Numbered from the stretch's first letter, positions 17,592 through 27,722 are shown. The stretch is 57,983 nt of DNA from Bacillota bacterium (GCA_023409615.1 JAEYRF010000225.1:1-57983); one strand, 5' to 3'. Notes: a model not told the origin generated them from the letters alone. Program-made: numbers and translations.

Positions 17592-17848
17592 CAAGGGACA
17601 TTATTACTATTCGACGATAAAGCGTCTGCTGAAAAATATTGATATTACACCATATCGCCCAGCATTGGAAGGCGGGTGAATGTCGTTGCATGTATTTTGT
17701 TTATACATTCGATGGTCTTTACGAGGATGCTGCCGTCGATTATATGATGATGCTCATTGATAACGGCTGGAAAGGCGACGATATGTTTGTCAGCAAAACT
17801 TTTGAGTGGAACGGTAAAAAGCATAAAGCATCCATTCACTTCGCCACC

Positions 17849-20179
17849 TTATTTCGCTGTAATTCCAACATCAGTCGGTTTAAGTATTCTCCATTCATCG
17901 GTATCGAGCCAGTCAAAATCTCCCTCGCGGTGTGTGCGATCATTGAGTCCCCAGCCCATTATCCTGCCATCCTTCAATAATGCAAAGGCGTTTTGATCGG
18001 TGGCACTAATTTCAACCACTCCATCCAGTATTTTTACCGGACTTGACAGATATTCAGGGGTCAGTTTTCCAACTCCGCATCTTCCGTAAGTGTTATCCCC
18101 ATAAGCCCATACGGTTCCGTCATTCTTCAGGGCTATCAGGAATCCTTCGCCCGGAGACACTTCCCTGACATTGTCCATAATTTTAGCAGGTCGGAGCAGG
18201 CTTTGTTTTAAACCGGAATTTGTTTCATGCGCTTGCCATACCCAAAGGCTGTTGTCATTTTTGATCATGCAGCATAGTGAGTGGCTGGCTTCAATCTTTT
18301 TTACCCCGTTCATAACCTTGATTGGAGTCGTTCTTCCGGGAGTCACTCCGCCATCTCCACAGTTCCCTTCTCCCCAGGTCCAGACACTGCCATCGATCTT
18401 CAGAACCATTATCAGGCCGTCATCATAATAGTCTAAACTTGCGCTTTGGACCGCATCCACCACATTATCCAATACCTTTTCGGGCACAAGCCTGTCGGAT
18501 TCTGTTTGTTCCAAGACAGAAAAGACTGGGCCTGAAAATCCCCAAATCCACAAAGTATTGTCGGTTTTCACCGCAATACCGTTTTGGCCGATGTTGGCAG
18601 TCCTGACATTATCCAGTATTTTTGCAGGAGGATAATCGCCATACAGGTAAGCCTCACCATTCCCAAGAAGGGAAGAATCGTTTGATCCATACGACCAGAG
18701 GCTTTTATCGGATTTTAAAACATAGTAATTAGTGGATTGCGTACCAAGGCAATAACCATCCTGGTCAATCATTGTCCATATTGCATTTTTTTTAACCGGC
18801 TTCCATCCATATTCATCCTTAACTGCTCCGATATATAGATCATTACCAAAGCCCCAGAGGCTTTTATCATCCTTCCTTATAAAAATATTCGTCGAATACG
18901 GGTCTGTAGCAGCCGAGCCGGCAACCAGCCTGCCGTGTATCATTGCATTTGGGTTTGAAACGCCGCTAGCATCTATTATTCCATCCGAGTAATCTGTTTT
19001 GGCGTAATGCTCGCTTAACTCAGCATTATGCTCCTGGTTAGTTTCCGCAGTACCTGTACCGTCCGTAACTTCTGTACCGTCTTCACCTGCTATAACAGTA
19101 TTTCTGTCATCCTCAGGTTCATCGGGTATACCCTCAGGGAAGTTTAATGTCATACTTACCGTTATATTCCCTACGTCAGCTATCATCAAGGTCAATTCAT
19201 AATCTGGCATTTCAGCCATAAAAACAGAATAGGTTTCGTCTTTCGTCTCCTGGAAATCGCTGTCATATTGCTTAATAAAGTTTCTGTAGAGAGTTACCAG
19301 GTCAGCGAGCTTCTTATCGGACTCGTATTGCAGAAAGATGCTGCCTTCGCTCGCTTCTTTGGCTACATTGTATGCATCATCAGTGAAGGGAATGCTTTTG
19401 GGGAAGCCTTTTGGTAGACTCAGTTTCGACTGGGAAGGATGCGCTCCTGAGGTTGTTGCAGCATCAGTGCCGGTACCCACAGCAGAACTTTTTCCGGACA
19501 ATGATTCATAAACTCTCAGCGAAACCAAGACAGCCTGCTCCCGTGTGGCGTTTCCGTCAGGATCAAACCGGTCGGCTCCATTTGTTTTTCCAACGCCTTT
19601 TACAATCTGGACCTTATAACAATAATAAACTCCTTCCCTTGCCCAGGATTCTACCTTATTGTCATCGGCAAACACTGCTGCGCCCTCGGTTTGGTAGTCT
19701 ACTGCAGGACTGATAACTTTCATAGCCCGAAAAAGAATAGTGGCCATCTGCTCCCTGGTGACAAGCTCTGATGGTGCATATTGGTTGCCTCCGACACCTG
19801 TTATAATGCCTAGATTAGCAGCCTTCAGTATTTCGGGATTGGAGGTATCGGAAAAATGTATATTCCCTTGCGATGCGGTTTTCCCTGTGTATTTCTCATA
19901 CAACTTCAGTGCGATTTCCGCAAATTCTTCCCTGGTGACCTTTGCTGCCATGTTATTTTTTATTCGATTGGTGATTAGACCGTATTCCACTGCCTTGTCC
20001 AGTTCTACGACAGCCCAGCTGGAAGCGCCGCTGTATGCAGTAGTAGTTATGGCTAATTCAGAGAAGTGAGGTATATGAAGCTCGTCAGGTTCCGGGTTCA
20101 AGGCCGAAGAAGCGGAAGAAGGCAGAAAAAATATTGCTAAAACAGTAAGCAATGAAATTATTGACAGATTTCTTCTCAT
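17849..20179 (-). CDS. Secreted protein with N-terminal SLH domains and a C-terminal RCC1-like beta-propeller
   Basis: The ORF opens at 20233, but the ATG at 20179 has AAGGAGAG upstream. The signal peptide is MRRNLSIISLLTVLAIFFLPSSASSA. SLH repeats are present (ASSWAVVELDKAVEYGLIT..., FSDTSNPEILKAANLGIITG..., VESWAREGVYYCYKVQIVKG...). There are about seven RCC1-type blades (SLWGFGNDLYIG, SLWSYGSNDSSLLGNG, TLWIWGFSG, SVWTWGEGNCGDGG, SLWVWQ, TVWAYGDNTYGRCG, RIMGWGLNDRTHREG). Confidence 0.85.
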   Translation of the reverse strand: MRRNLSIISLLTVLAIFFLPSSASSALNPEPDELHIPHFSELAITTTAYSGASSWAVVELDKAVEYGLITNRIKNNMAAKVTREEFAEIALKLYEKYTGKTASQGNIHFSDTSNPEILKAANLGIITGVGGNQYAPSELVTREQMATILFRAMKVISPAVDYQTEGAAVFADDNKVESWAREGVYYCYKVQIVKGVGKTNGADRFDPDGNATREQAVLVSLRVYESLSGKSSAVGTGTDAATTSGAHPSQSKLSLPKGFPKSIPFTDDAYNVAKEASEGSIFLQYESDKKLADLVTLYRNFIKQYDSDFQETKDETYSVFMAEMPDYELTLMIADVGNITVSMTLNFPEGIPDEPEDDRNTVIAGEDGTEVTDGTGTAETNQEHNAELSEHYAKTDYSDGIIDASGVSNPNAMIHGRLVAGSAATDPYSTNIFIRKDDKSLWGFGNDLYIGAVKDEYGWKPVKKNAIWTMIDQDGYCLGTQSTNYYVLKSDKSLWSYGSNDSSLLGNGEAYLYGDYPPAKILDNVRTANIGQNGIAVKTDNTLWIWGFSGPVFSVLEQTESDRLVPEKVLDNVVDAVQSASLDYYDDGLIMVLKIDGSVWTWGEGNCGDGGVTPGRTTPIKVMNGVKKIEASHSLCCMIKNDNSLWVWQAHETNSGLKQSLLRPAKIMDNVREVSPGEGFLIALKNDGTVWAYGDNTYGRCGVGKLTPEYLSSPVKILDGVVEISATDQNAFALLKDGRIMGWGLNDRTHREGDFDWLDTDEWRILKPTDVGITAK

Positions 20180-20433
20180 TTCGGATCTCTCCTTTACAAT
20201 AGGAACACGCTGCAAAATACAACAGCTGTCCATTCATATTTTATTTACCTGCCATCTGAATAGATAGGTCGAATATAGTTGTAATTAGTAAGAAAAATCT
20301 TATTTTGAAGCGAACGAAAGGCCTGCCTATACAAAACTGGTAAAAACACCTAAGCTGGGATATAATATAAACGTCACTAACGTCGCCATTTTTACGTTAA
20401 AGTGATACATATATTCGCATGAGAGGTGAACTT

Positions 20434-22242
20434 ATGAGCAATACAAATAGAAACGCACTGTCGGCAAGAGAAGAAATCGAAGCTAAGTATAAGTGGAAGC
20501 TTGAGGACATTTACGCAAGTGATGCTCAATGGGAAGATGATTTTAAGAAGGTACGAGGTATGTCCGGGTCAATGGCCTCTTACAAGGGGAAACTGGCCGG
20601 AGACATGAAGGTGCTGCTGGAATGCCTGAAGCTCAGCGAAGAGATGATGGCTTTGAATGATAAAATATTTGTCTACGCCAGAATGAGGCGGGACGAAAAC
20701 AATGCTCAGTCTAAGTATCAGGCGCTGACCGACAGGGCAATGGCGCTTGGAACAGAAGTTTACGCATCTGTTTCATTTATGGTGCCGGAGATACTTTCTA
20801 TAGATGAGGCTCTGCTAAAAAAGAGCATTGATGAGGTTGAGGGACTTGTCATATACAGACAGTACATTGATGAACTGCTCAGACAGAAGCAGCATATCCT
20901 CTCAGACAAGGAAGAGGAACTTCTTGCGCTTTCCGCAGAAATAGCCGAGGCGCCCTCGGACATATTCACAATGTTCAACAATGCAGATATCAAGTTTGGA
21001 TATATAAAGGATGAGAACGGGGAAGAGGTGGAAGTGACCAAGGGAAGGTATATCAAGTTCCTTGAGTCACGTGACAGGAGAGTCAGGGAGGATGCTTTCC
21101 GAACCTTGTACGGGTCTTACTCCGCGATGATCAATACTTTGGCAGCATCGCTGAATAGCAACATTAAAAAGAACAAATTCTATTCTACAGTCAGAAAATA
21201 TGATTCAAGCCGCAGTGCATCGCTGGACAGTGATAATGTACCTACTTCCGTATATGATAATCTGATTGATACCGTCAACAGAAATCTGCCGTTGCTGCAT
21301 AGGTATCTGAAGCTTCGCAAGAAGGCGTTGAAGCTGGAACAGCTGCATATGTACGATCTCTATGTCCCGATTGTCGAGGAACCGCCAAAGCAGATCGGCT
21401 ATGAGGATGCACTTGAAATGGTGAAAAAAGGGCTTGCTCCAATGGGTGGCCGCTATCTGGAGGATCTGGAGAATGCATTTAAATCAGGCTGGATTGATGT
21501 GTTTGAAAATCAGGGTAAGACCAGCGGGGCTTATTCATGGGGAACACACCTGACACACCCCTATGTGTTGCTGAACTATCAGGGAACGATTAATGATGTT
21601 TTCACTATTGCACATGAAATGGGCCATGCTTTGCATTCCTTCTATACAAACAAAACCCAGCCGTATATCTATTCCGAATATAAGATATTTGTAGCTGAGG
21701 TGGCCTCTACTGTTAACGAATCACTGCTGATAAGGTATCTGCTGTCGGTCACACCGGACAGAAGGGAGCGGGCTTATCTGCTCAATCACTATCTGGAGGA
21801 GTTCCGCGGCACCCTTTTCCGCCAAACTATGTTTGCCGAATTTGAGAAGATCACTCACAGTATGATTGAAAGCGGAGAGGCATTGACGGCGCAGGAATTC
21901 TGCAGGATATACAGGGAATTAAATGAGAAATACTTCGGCTCGGAGGTCGTCATTGACGACGAGATTGCCTTGGAATGGGCACGTATACCGCACTTCTATT
22001 CCAGCTTTTATGTATATAAATATGCTACCGGCATTTCAGCGGCAGTATCTCTTTCACAGCAAATACTGAAGGAGGGCGAACCTGCGGTGAGCCGTTATAC
22101 TGAGTTTTTAAAGAGCGGCGGATCGGATTATCCATTGGAACTGCTGAAGAAGGCTGGTGTGGATCTGACGCGGCCGGAGCCTGTTGAGGATGCGATGAAA
22201 ACGTTCGAGTCTATTTTGGATGAACTGGAAAGGCTTATTTAG
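20434..22242 (+). CDS. pepF: Oligoendopeptidase F (M3B metallopeptidase)
   Basis: The ATG at 20434 is preceded by GAGAGGTGA (the ORF opens at 20419). It has the HEMGHALH zinc motif and an N-terminus typical of the family (REEIEAKYKWKLEDIY). Confidence 0.9.
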   Translation: MSNTNRNALSAREEIEAKYKWKLEDIYASDAQWEDDFKKVRGMSGSMASYKGKLAGDMKVLLECLKLSEEMMALNDKIFVYARMRRDENNAQSKYQALTDRAMALGTEVYASVSFMVPEILSIDEALLKKSIDEVEGLVIYRQYIDELLRQKQHILSDKEEELLALSAEIAEAPSDIFTMFNNADIKFGYIKDENGEEVEVTKGRYIKFLESRDRRVREDAFRTLYGSYSAMINTLAASLNSNIKKNKFYSTVRKYDSSRSASLDSDNVPTSVYDNLIDTVNRNLPLLHRYLKLRKKALKLEQLHMYDLYVPIVEEPPKQIGYEDALEMVKKGLAPMGGRYLEDLENAFKSGWIDVFENQGKTSGAYSWGTHLTHPYVLLNYQGTINDVFTIAHEMGHALHSFYTNKTQPYIYSEYKIFVAEVASTVNESLLIRYLLSVTPDRRERAYLLNHYLEEFRGTLFRQTMFAEFEKITHSMIESGEALTAQEFCRIYRELNEKYFGSEVVIDDEIALEWARIPHFYSSFYVYKYATGISAAVSLSQQILKEGEPAVSRYTEFLKSGGSDYPLELLKKAGVDLTRPEPVEDAMKTFESILDELERLI

Positions 22243-22287
22243 TAGAAGCTGTTTTTACCGATACTTAAGGGAAAGGGACAAATAAAA

Positions 22288-23403
22288 ATGACGGACCAAA
22301 GAATAGAGACACTTGCGAAAAATTTAGTGAATTACTCCTGTGAAGTTAAACCGGGAGAGAAGGTACTGATTGAGGCAAAGGGTTTTGAACTTCCCCTTAC
22401 GAAGGCTTTGATAAAGGAAACATATAAGGCGGGCGGTATTCCGTTTGTCACCATAAAGAATGACGAGATAACCAGGGCGCTGCTCAATGGCTGCAGTGAG
22501 GAACAGGTCAGATTGATGGCAGAGTTTGAGCTGGACAGGATGAAGAAGATGGACGCGTATATTGGAGTAAGGTACGCAGATAATACCAATGAATTGGGAG
22601 ATGTCCCGGAGGATAAGATGCGACTGTACAACTCCCTCTTCAATAAACCGGTTCACTCGGAGCAAAGAGTTGAGCACACCAAGTGGGTTGTTCTGAGATA
22701 TCCCAACAGTGCAATGGCACAGATGGCTGAAATGTCCACAGAGGCCTTTGAAGACTTTTACTTCAATGTATGCAATCTGGATTATTCGAAGATGTCCAAG
22801 GCGATGGATCCGCTTGTCCAATGGATGGAGAAGTCTGACCGTGTAAGGATCACCGGCAGGAATACAGATCTGTCGTTCTCGATAAAAGGACTGCCGGGCA
22901 TTAAGTGTGACGGGGGCCGGAACATCCCGGATGGTGAGGTTTTTACTGCACCGGTGAGGGAATCGGTTAATGGGATCATTAGCTATAACACCCCGGCAAA
23001 ATACCAGGGCTTCACATATGAGAATGTGACACTGGAATTCAAGGACGGCAAGATTATTAAAGCCACTGCCAACGATACTGAGAGAATAAATAAGATATTT
23101 GACACGGATGAAGGCGCGAGATTTGTAGGCGAATTTTCGCTGGGAGTCAACCCGTATATTGAGAAGCCTATGAAGGACACTCTGTTTGATGAAAAGATAA
23201 AGGGCAGCCTTCATTTTACACCGGGCAGCTGTTATGACGAGTGTAATAACGGAAACAAGTCAGCAATACACTGGGATCTGGTATTTATTCAGAGGCCTGA
23301 ATACGGCGGTGGAGAAATCTGGCTTGACGATGTATTGATTCGAAAGGACGGAGTTTTTGTGCCGGAAGAACTGCAGTGTTTGAACCCGGAAAAATTAAAA
23401 TGA
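22288..23403 (+). CDS. M29-family aminopeptidase (AmpS/PepS-like)
   Basis: 371-aa ORF. Family-typical stretches are present (LAKNLVNYSCEVKPGEKVLI, NIPDGEVFTAP, GEFSLGVNP, IHWDLV). Confidence 0.85.
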   Translation: MTDQRIETLAKNLVNYSCEVKPGEKVLIEAKGFELPLTKALIKETYKAGGIPFVTIKNDEITRALLNGCSEEQVRLMAEFELDRMKKMDAYIGVRYADNTNELGDVPEDKMRLYNSLFNKPVHSEQRVEHTKWVVLRYPNSAMAQMAEMSTEAFEDFYFNVCNLDYSKMSKAMDPLVQWMEKSDRVRITGRNTDLSFSIKGLPGIKCDGGRNIPDGEVFTAPVRESVNGIISYNTPAKYQGFTYENVTLEFKDGKIIKATANDTERINKIFDTDEGARFVGEFSLGVNPYIEKPMKDTLFDEKIKGSLHFTPGSCYDECNNGNKSAIHWDLVFIQRPEYGGGEIWLDDVLIRKDGVFVPEELQCLNPEKLK

Positions 23404-23509
23404 TTTAGAGGGGACGTGGGTTGGGTAATCAGAGAGAATTCAGCAGCTCGTACCCGTATAGCCCCTGTCCCCTTTGATTATCGTATTTTTGGTTATCATG
23501 TGAGGTTAT

Positions 23510-24670
23510 ATGGAAAGCTGGATGATTGGTACCAGGCTGGTTATTTTGATATACTGTTTTATGAATTATTTGCGGGGAGATATGGAAAGCATCCCCCTGG
23601 TTTTGTTGTTACTCCTTGCCTATATCTCCTTTACTACAACGTATTACATGTTTAAAAATTCTATTGTCAGAAGACTCTCACGGGTCGCTTCCATAGCTAT
23701 TGTCACTGTTATTGCTATTGTTACGGAACCTCCATTCCTGCTGCTCATTTCTGTTGATATCCTTGAGCTGCTATCTGGCTTTTCCAACGATTGGAGAGTA
23801 TATATTGCCGGTATTGCAGTACCATGTGCTCTGGCCGGCGAGATTTGGCTGCCGGAATATGTGACCTTCAGTCTGCTTGTATTATTGATTTTTCTGTTAG
23901 CGACGAATCATTTCCAATCTCTTAGTGCTTTGAAAAAAGCCAATGAAAGGCTCCGGGACAGAAACGATGAACTGCTCGGCAGACTGGATGCCGGTAGTGA
24001 ATATGAGTCGCAGATGCGCTATTTGTCACAGATTGAAGAAAGAAACAGCATTGCCCAGGAAATCCATGATAGAGTGGGGCACACACTGGCAGGCAGCATA
24101 ATTCAGCTGGAAGCGGCCGGATTGATTCTGGATAAGGATCCGGTCAAATCCGGAAATATGGTCAGAGGCGTGACTGAAAACCTTAAAGAAGGTATGGAGA
24201 GTATACGTTCGACACTGCGAACAATCAAACCTGCTCCTGAACAGTTGGGCATCAACCGCCTGAAGCTGATTCTGGAAGAGTTTACGATGAACAATACCAT
24301 TAAAACGCACTTTTCCTATACAGGCAGCTTGGATGTAATTTCCCACCTGCAGTGGAAGATCATTATAGACAACATAAAGGAGTCACTTACAAATACGCTT
24401 AAATATTCGAAAGCTACAATGATTAATGTTAAGCTTGAAGTAATGAACAGGTTGGTCAAGGTTGAGGTGATTGATAATGGCAAGGGCACATATTCTATCA
24501 AGAAGGGCATGGGTCTGTCGGGGATGGAGGAGCGTACGGAGAATGCGGGAGGTAAGCTGATTCTTGACGGTTCCAATGGGTTTTCCGTCATTATGCTCCT
24601 GCCTGCGGGCGGTTCAAATGGTATCTCAGTAAATTCAAATGAGAATAGGGAGGGCGCAAATGCCAATTAG
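23510..24670 (+). CDS. Membrane sensor histidine kinase (HisKA_3 / NarX-DesK-LiaS class)
   Basis: 386-aa ORF with several N-terminal TM helices. The H-box is ERNSIAQEIHDRVGHTLAG. The ATPase G-boxes are DNGKG and GMGLSGMEER. Confidence 0.85.
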   Translation: MESWMIGTRLVILIYCFMNYLRGDMESIPLVLLLLLAYISFTTTYYMFKNSIVRRLSRVASIAIVTVIAIVTEPPFLLLISVDILELLSGFSNDWRVYIAGIAVPCALAGEIWLPEYVTFSLLVLLIFLLATNHFQSLSALKKANERLRDRNDELLGRLDAGSEYESQMRYLSQIEERNSIAQEIHDRVGHTLAGSIIQLEAAGLILDKDPVKSGNMVRGVTENLKEGMESIRSTLRTIKPAPEQLGINRLKLILEEFTMNNTIKTHFSYTGSLDVISHLQWKIIIDNIKESLTNTLKYSKATMINVKLEVMNRLVKVEVIDNGKGTYSIKKGMGLSGMEERTENAGGKLILDGSNGFSVIMLLPAGGSNGISVNSNENREGANAN

Positions 24671-25304
24671 AGTTTTAATAGCAGATGATGATGCATTAAT
24701 AAGGGAGGGGCTGAAGATTATCCTTCAGACAGATGGCCGTTTTGAAGTGGCGGGATGTGTGGAAAACGGTCTTAAGGCACTGGAGTTCTGCATTAGGGAA
24801 CAGGTGGATGTTGTTCTGCTGGACGTTAGAATGCCGGTACTGGATGGACTTCAGGCTGCCCGGAAGATCTCCGATGCGACTGATGTCAAGCCATTGATCT
24901 TAACGACCTTTGATGATGATGATTTCATTCTCAACGCAGTTAAAAACGGTGCTAAGGGCTATTTGCTCAAAGGCAGCCCCCCGTCACAGATCATGGATGC
25001 TATCCGCGTTGTGAATGAAGGCGGCACAGTGATGCAGGATGCAGCGATGGATATAATAAAGAAGGAGATATCAACGGGCAGACGAGGAAGCATTCCCGAA
25101 GGATTGCTTACAGAGAAGGAAATGGAAATAGCAGCATTGATTGCAAAAGGCCACCCAAATAAGGAAATTGCCAACAAGCTTTTCATGTCGGAGGGTACTA
25201 TAAAGAACTATATTTCAACCATCCTGGACAAGACAGGACTGGGGCATAGAACACAAATTGCAATCTACTATCTGACAGGTGAAAAATGCGAAATGAGTGA
25301 ATGA
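24660..25304 (+). CDS. NarL/LuxR-family response regulator
   Basis: The ATG at 24660 overlaps the kinase end (the ORF opens at 24639). The receiver is IRVLIADDD...DVVLLDVRMP. The C-terminal LuxR HTH is LTEKEMEIAALIAKGHPNKEIANKLFMSEGTIKNYIS. Confidence 0.9.
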   Translation: MPIRVLIADDDALIREGLKIILQTDGRFEVAGCVENGLKALEFCIREQVDVVLLDVRMPVLDGLQAARKISDATDVKPLILTTFDDDDFILNAVKNGAKGYLLKGSPPSQIMDAIRVVNEGGTVMQDAAMDIIKKEISTGRRGSIPEGLLTEKEMEIAALIAKGHPNKEIANKLFMSEGTIKNYISTILDKTGLGHRTQIAIYYLTGEKCEMSE

Positions 25305-25339
25305 AGTAACCCTAAGCACATGACTTAAGTCATACAGAA

Positions 25340-25379
25340 CAGTGACCTTACGGACTAGCCGAAGGAAGCTGTTTTTTTT
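25340..25379 (+). terminator. Probable rho-independent terminator after the two-component operon
   Basis: Imperfect stem cagtgaccttacgg / ccgaaggaagctg followed by eight T residues. Confidence 0.55.
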
Positions 25380-25445
25380 ATAATGAGGAAACAAAGATAT
25401 CCCCCACTTCTATATAGTGGCGGGTACCGATTTGATTTTCAGATA

Positions 25446-25471
25446 TTTTCTTTCGAATATTCGAAAGAAAA
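25446..25471. promoter_or_regulatory. 26-bp perfect palindrome upstream of the ABC-2 operon, a candidate response-regulator operator
   Basis: TTTTCTTTCGAAT|ATTCGAAAGAAAA. It lies about 90 nt upstream of a TATAAT (25562..25567) that has no good -35 element. Confidence 0.45.
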
Positions 25472-25630
25472 CGGTGTGAGCATATCTCACGCCTCATTGA
25501 AACGCCGCTGAAGTAATGAAATTTTTCTACAGCCGAAAAATTTTATTTTGAACCGAGGCGTTATAATGGGAGAAACAATGGATGAGTTGGCGAAAGTCAA
25601 TAGACCAATAAGAGGTAAGGGGTGCGATAA

Positions 25631-26569
25631 ATGAGTATAGTAAAGATGGAACAGGTCACTAAGAATTTTGGTGATGTAACAGCGGTTGACAAAATGTCTC
25701 TGAGTATAGAAGAAGGAGAAGTATTTGGGCTGCTCGGACCGAATGGTGCCGGTAAAAGTACCGCAATCAATATGATTACCGGGCTTTTGAATATCGATAA
25801 AGGATCAATCAGTGTTACAGGCAGCGATGTAAAAAAAGCAAAAATGACAGCAAAAGCAAATATCGGAATTGTTCCGCAGGATATTGCTATTTATGAGGAT
25901 CTGACTAGCCTGGAGAATGTAAAATTTTTTGCAAGTCTTTACGGCCTCAGTGGAAAAGCCTTGGAAGATTCGGCAATGGAAGCGTTGGAGTTTGCCGGCC
26001 TGTCTGATAACATCAAGAGCTTTCCCAAGAACTTTTCGGGTGGTATGAAAAGGCGGTTGAATATTGCTTGTGCTATTGCCCATAAACCGAAGCTCATCAT
26101 CATGGATGAACCTACTGTGGGCATTGATCCCCAGTCCAGAAACCACATCCTCCAGTCGGTAAAGAAGTTGAATGAGCAGGGGAGCACAATTATATACACT
26201 AGCCACTACATGGAAGAGGTCGAGGAGATTTGCAGCCGGATTGCGATCATGGACCACGGCAAGGTGATTGCGCTTGGAACCTGTGAAGAACTTGAGGACC
26301 TTATCGATGACAGGAATATTGTATTGGTGACTGTCATGGATTCTGTTTCGAAGATTAATGAGGATAGTATAAAGGAAATTCAAGGTGTTGACAGTGTGGA
26401 AATTGATGAGAACACAATAAAAATCTCGAGTTTCCGGGAAGTAAATAATCTGGACAAAATTATCTATTATTTTACCTCTAATGAGATTTCTATCAAAAGT
26501 GTTGAAAGTAAGAAACCGGATCTTGAGACTGTGTTTTTATCATTGACCGGAAGAAAACTCAGGGACTAG
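25631..26569 (+). CDS. ABC transporter ATP-binding protein (ABC-2 exporter type)
   Basis: Walker A is GPNGAGKST, the signature is FSGGMKRRL, and Walker B is LIIMDEPT. Confidence 0.9.
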   Translation: MSIVKMEQVTKNFGDVTAVDKMSLSIEEGEVFGLLGPNGAGKSTAINMITGLLNIDKGSISVTGSDVKKAKMTAKANIGIVPQDIAIYEDLTSLENVKFFASLYGLSGKALEDSAMEALEFAGLSDNIKSFPKNFSGGMKRRLNIACAIAHKPKLIIMDEPTVGIDPQSRNHILQSVKKLNEQGSTIIYTSHYMEEVEEICSRIAIMDHGKVIALGTCEELEDLIDDRNIVLVTVMDSVSKINEDSIKEIQGVDSVEIDENTIKISSFREVNNLDKIIYYFTSNEISIKSVESKKPDLETVFLSLTGRKLRD

Positions 26570-26582
26570 GGGGGACTGGATA

Positions 26583-27722
26583 ATGAGAGTACTCAGAATA
26601 ATTATAAAAGAATTTAAACAGAATATGCGGGATTATAAAGCAAATGCGTTGATGGTGCTTTTCCCAATTGTTCTGATCGTCATACTGGGAGCGGCGTTTA
26701 CCAGACAATTCAGTGATTCTGTTACGCTGACAGACGAGAAAGTGCTGTATAAGGTAGAGGTAAAGGAAGATATACAGTTTGCTGATGCGCTTGGTGATTT
26801 TTTATCTGCATTATCGGCGGAAACAGGGATCGTCTTTGAAGAGGCTGAGGATATAGAAGCTGCTAAAGCCAGCACTGAGAGTCGCGCCTATTCTGCGCTT
26901 TTGCATATCACTGAAAATCCGCTTCAGATAAACCTCTACAAAAATGAAAGAGCCGGCTTCAGTACAACACTGATGGAGAATGCATTAAATAGCTTTATCA
27001 AGTCATACGATGCCATGGCGGTGATTGCGGATATTAACCCTGCAGCGTTTAACAAGCCTGAATTGCAGGAAAATAATAAGCATGTACAGATCAGATCATT
27101 AGACAAGATAAGGCAGCCCGGTTCAACGGATTATTATGCGATTACAATGCTGACACTGATTATGTTGTATTCTTCTCTTACAGGATTTTGGGGTTTTAGG
27201 AACGAAGTCGAGCAGAAAACCGGTCCCAGAATACTGTGCAGTCCGATCCGCAATTATGAGATGCTTACCGGAAAGGTAATAGGCGCTATTACTGTAACAA
27301 TTGTCCAGGCATTGGTAGTAATTTTGTTCAGCAAATGGGTGCTGAATGCTTATTGGGGACAGGATTTTCTCCCTGTGGCACTGCTTATTTTTGCATACGC
27401 TGTCATGACAGTCAGCCTTGGTGTAGCGCTAGCTTTTCTGATCAAAAGCAGTGATGCCGCCGCGGGCATCCTGAACACAATAATACCGATACTTGTTTTT
27501 CTCGGAGGAGGCTATGTACCATTAAGTGTTATGGGTGACTCGTTTTCAAAAATTGGTATGGTGTCGCCGGTTTACTGGATCAATACGGCTCTGTTTAAAA
27601 TCATTTATGAGAGGGACTATTCAGGTATAGCTGCTTCGCTAGGCGTGAATCTAGGCTTGGCAGTACTTTTCATCACAATCTCAGCGTTATTTTCAAGAAG
27701 GGGGAACAGGGCATATGCGTAA
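26583..27722 (+). CDS. ABC-2 family permease
   Basis: 379-aa ORF with an N-terminal TM helix, a large extracytoplasmic loop and a C-terminal multi-TM bundle. It lies 13 nt after the ATPase gene. Confidence 0.8.
   Translation: MRVLRIIIKEFKQNMRDYKANALMVLFPIVLIVILGAAFTRQFSDSVTLTDEKVLYKVEVKEDIQFADALGDFLSALSAETGIVFEEAEDIEAAKASTESRAYSALLHITENPLQINLYKNERAGFSTTLMENALNSFIKSYDAMAVIADINPAAFNKPELQENNKHVQIRSLDKIRQPGSTDYYAITMLTLIMLYSSLTGFWGFRNEVEQKTGPRILCSPIRNYEMLTGKVIGAITVTIVQALVVILFSKWVLNAYWGQDFLPVALLIFAYAVMTVSLGVALAFLIKSSDAAAGILNTIIPILVFLGGGYVPLSVMGDSFSKIGMVSPVYWINTALFKIIYERDYSGIAASLGVNLGLAVLFITISALFSRRGNRAYA

Noticed and set aside
17639-17980. 113-aa + strand ORF overlapping the 3' end of the RCC1/SLH gene by about 130 nt
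   Set aside because: It has a TTG start without an RBS, and its last third is antisense to a well-supported gene. At most it is a decayed gene fragment, which is mentioned in the findings. It is not called as a CDS.
22324-23214. 296-aa ORF on the - strand inside the M29 aminopeptidase gene
   Set aside because: It is antisense to a well-supported enzyme gene. Its product is low-complexity Leu/Arg/Ile-rich with no RBS or motifs.
23416-23655. 79-aa ORF overlapping the histidine-kinase start
   Set aside because: It is out of frame with, and largely overlapped by, the kinase gene, which has a plausible RBS. There is no independent support.
25567-25635. 22-codon upstream ORF (MGETMDELAKVNRPIRGKGCDK) whose stop overlaps the ABC ATPase start
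   Set aside because: Its ATG lies inside the candidate -10 box and has no RBS, so it is more likely coincidental.
25805-26383. 192-aa ORF on the - strand inside the ABC ATPase gene
   Set aside because: It is an antisense shadow ORF, and the sense strand carries all the ABC signature motifs.
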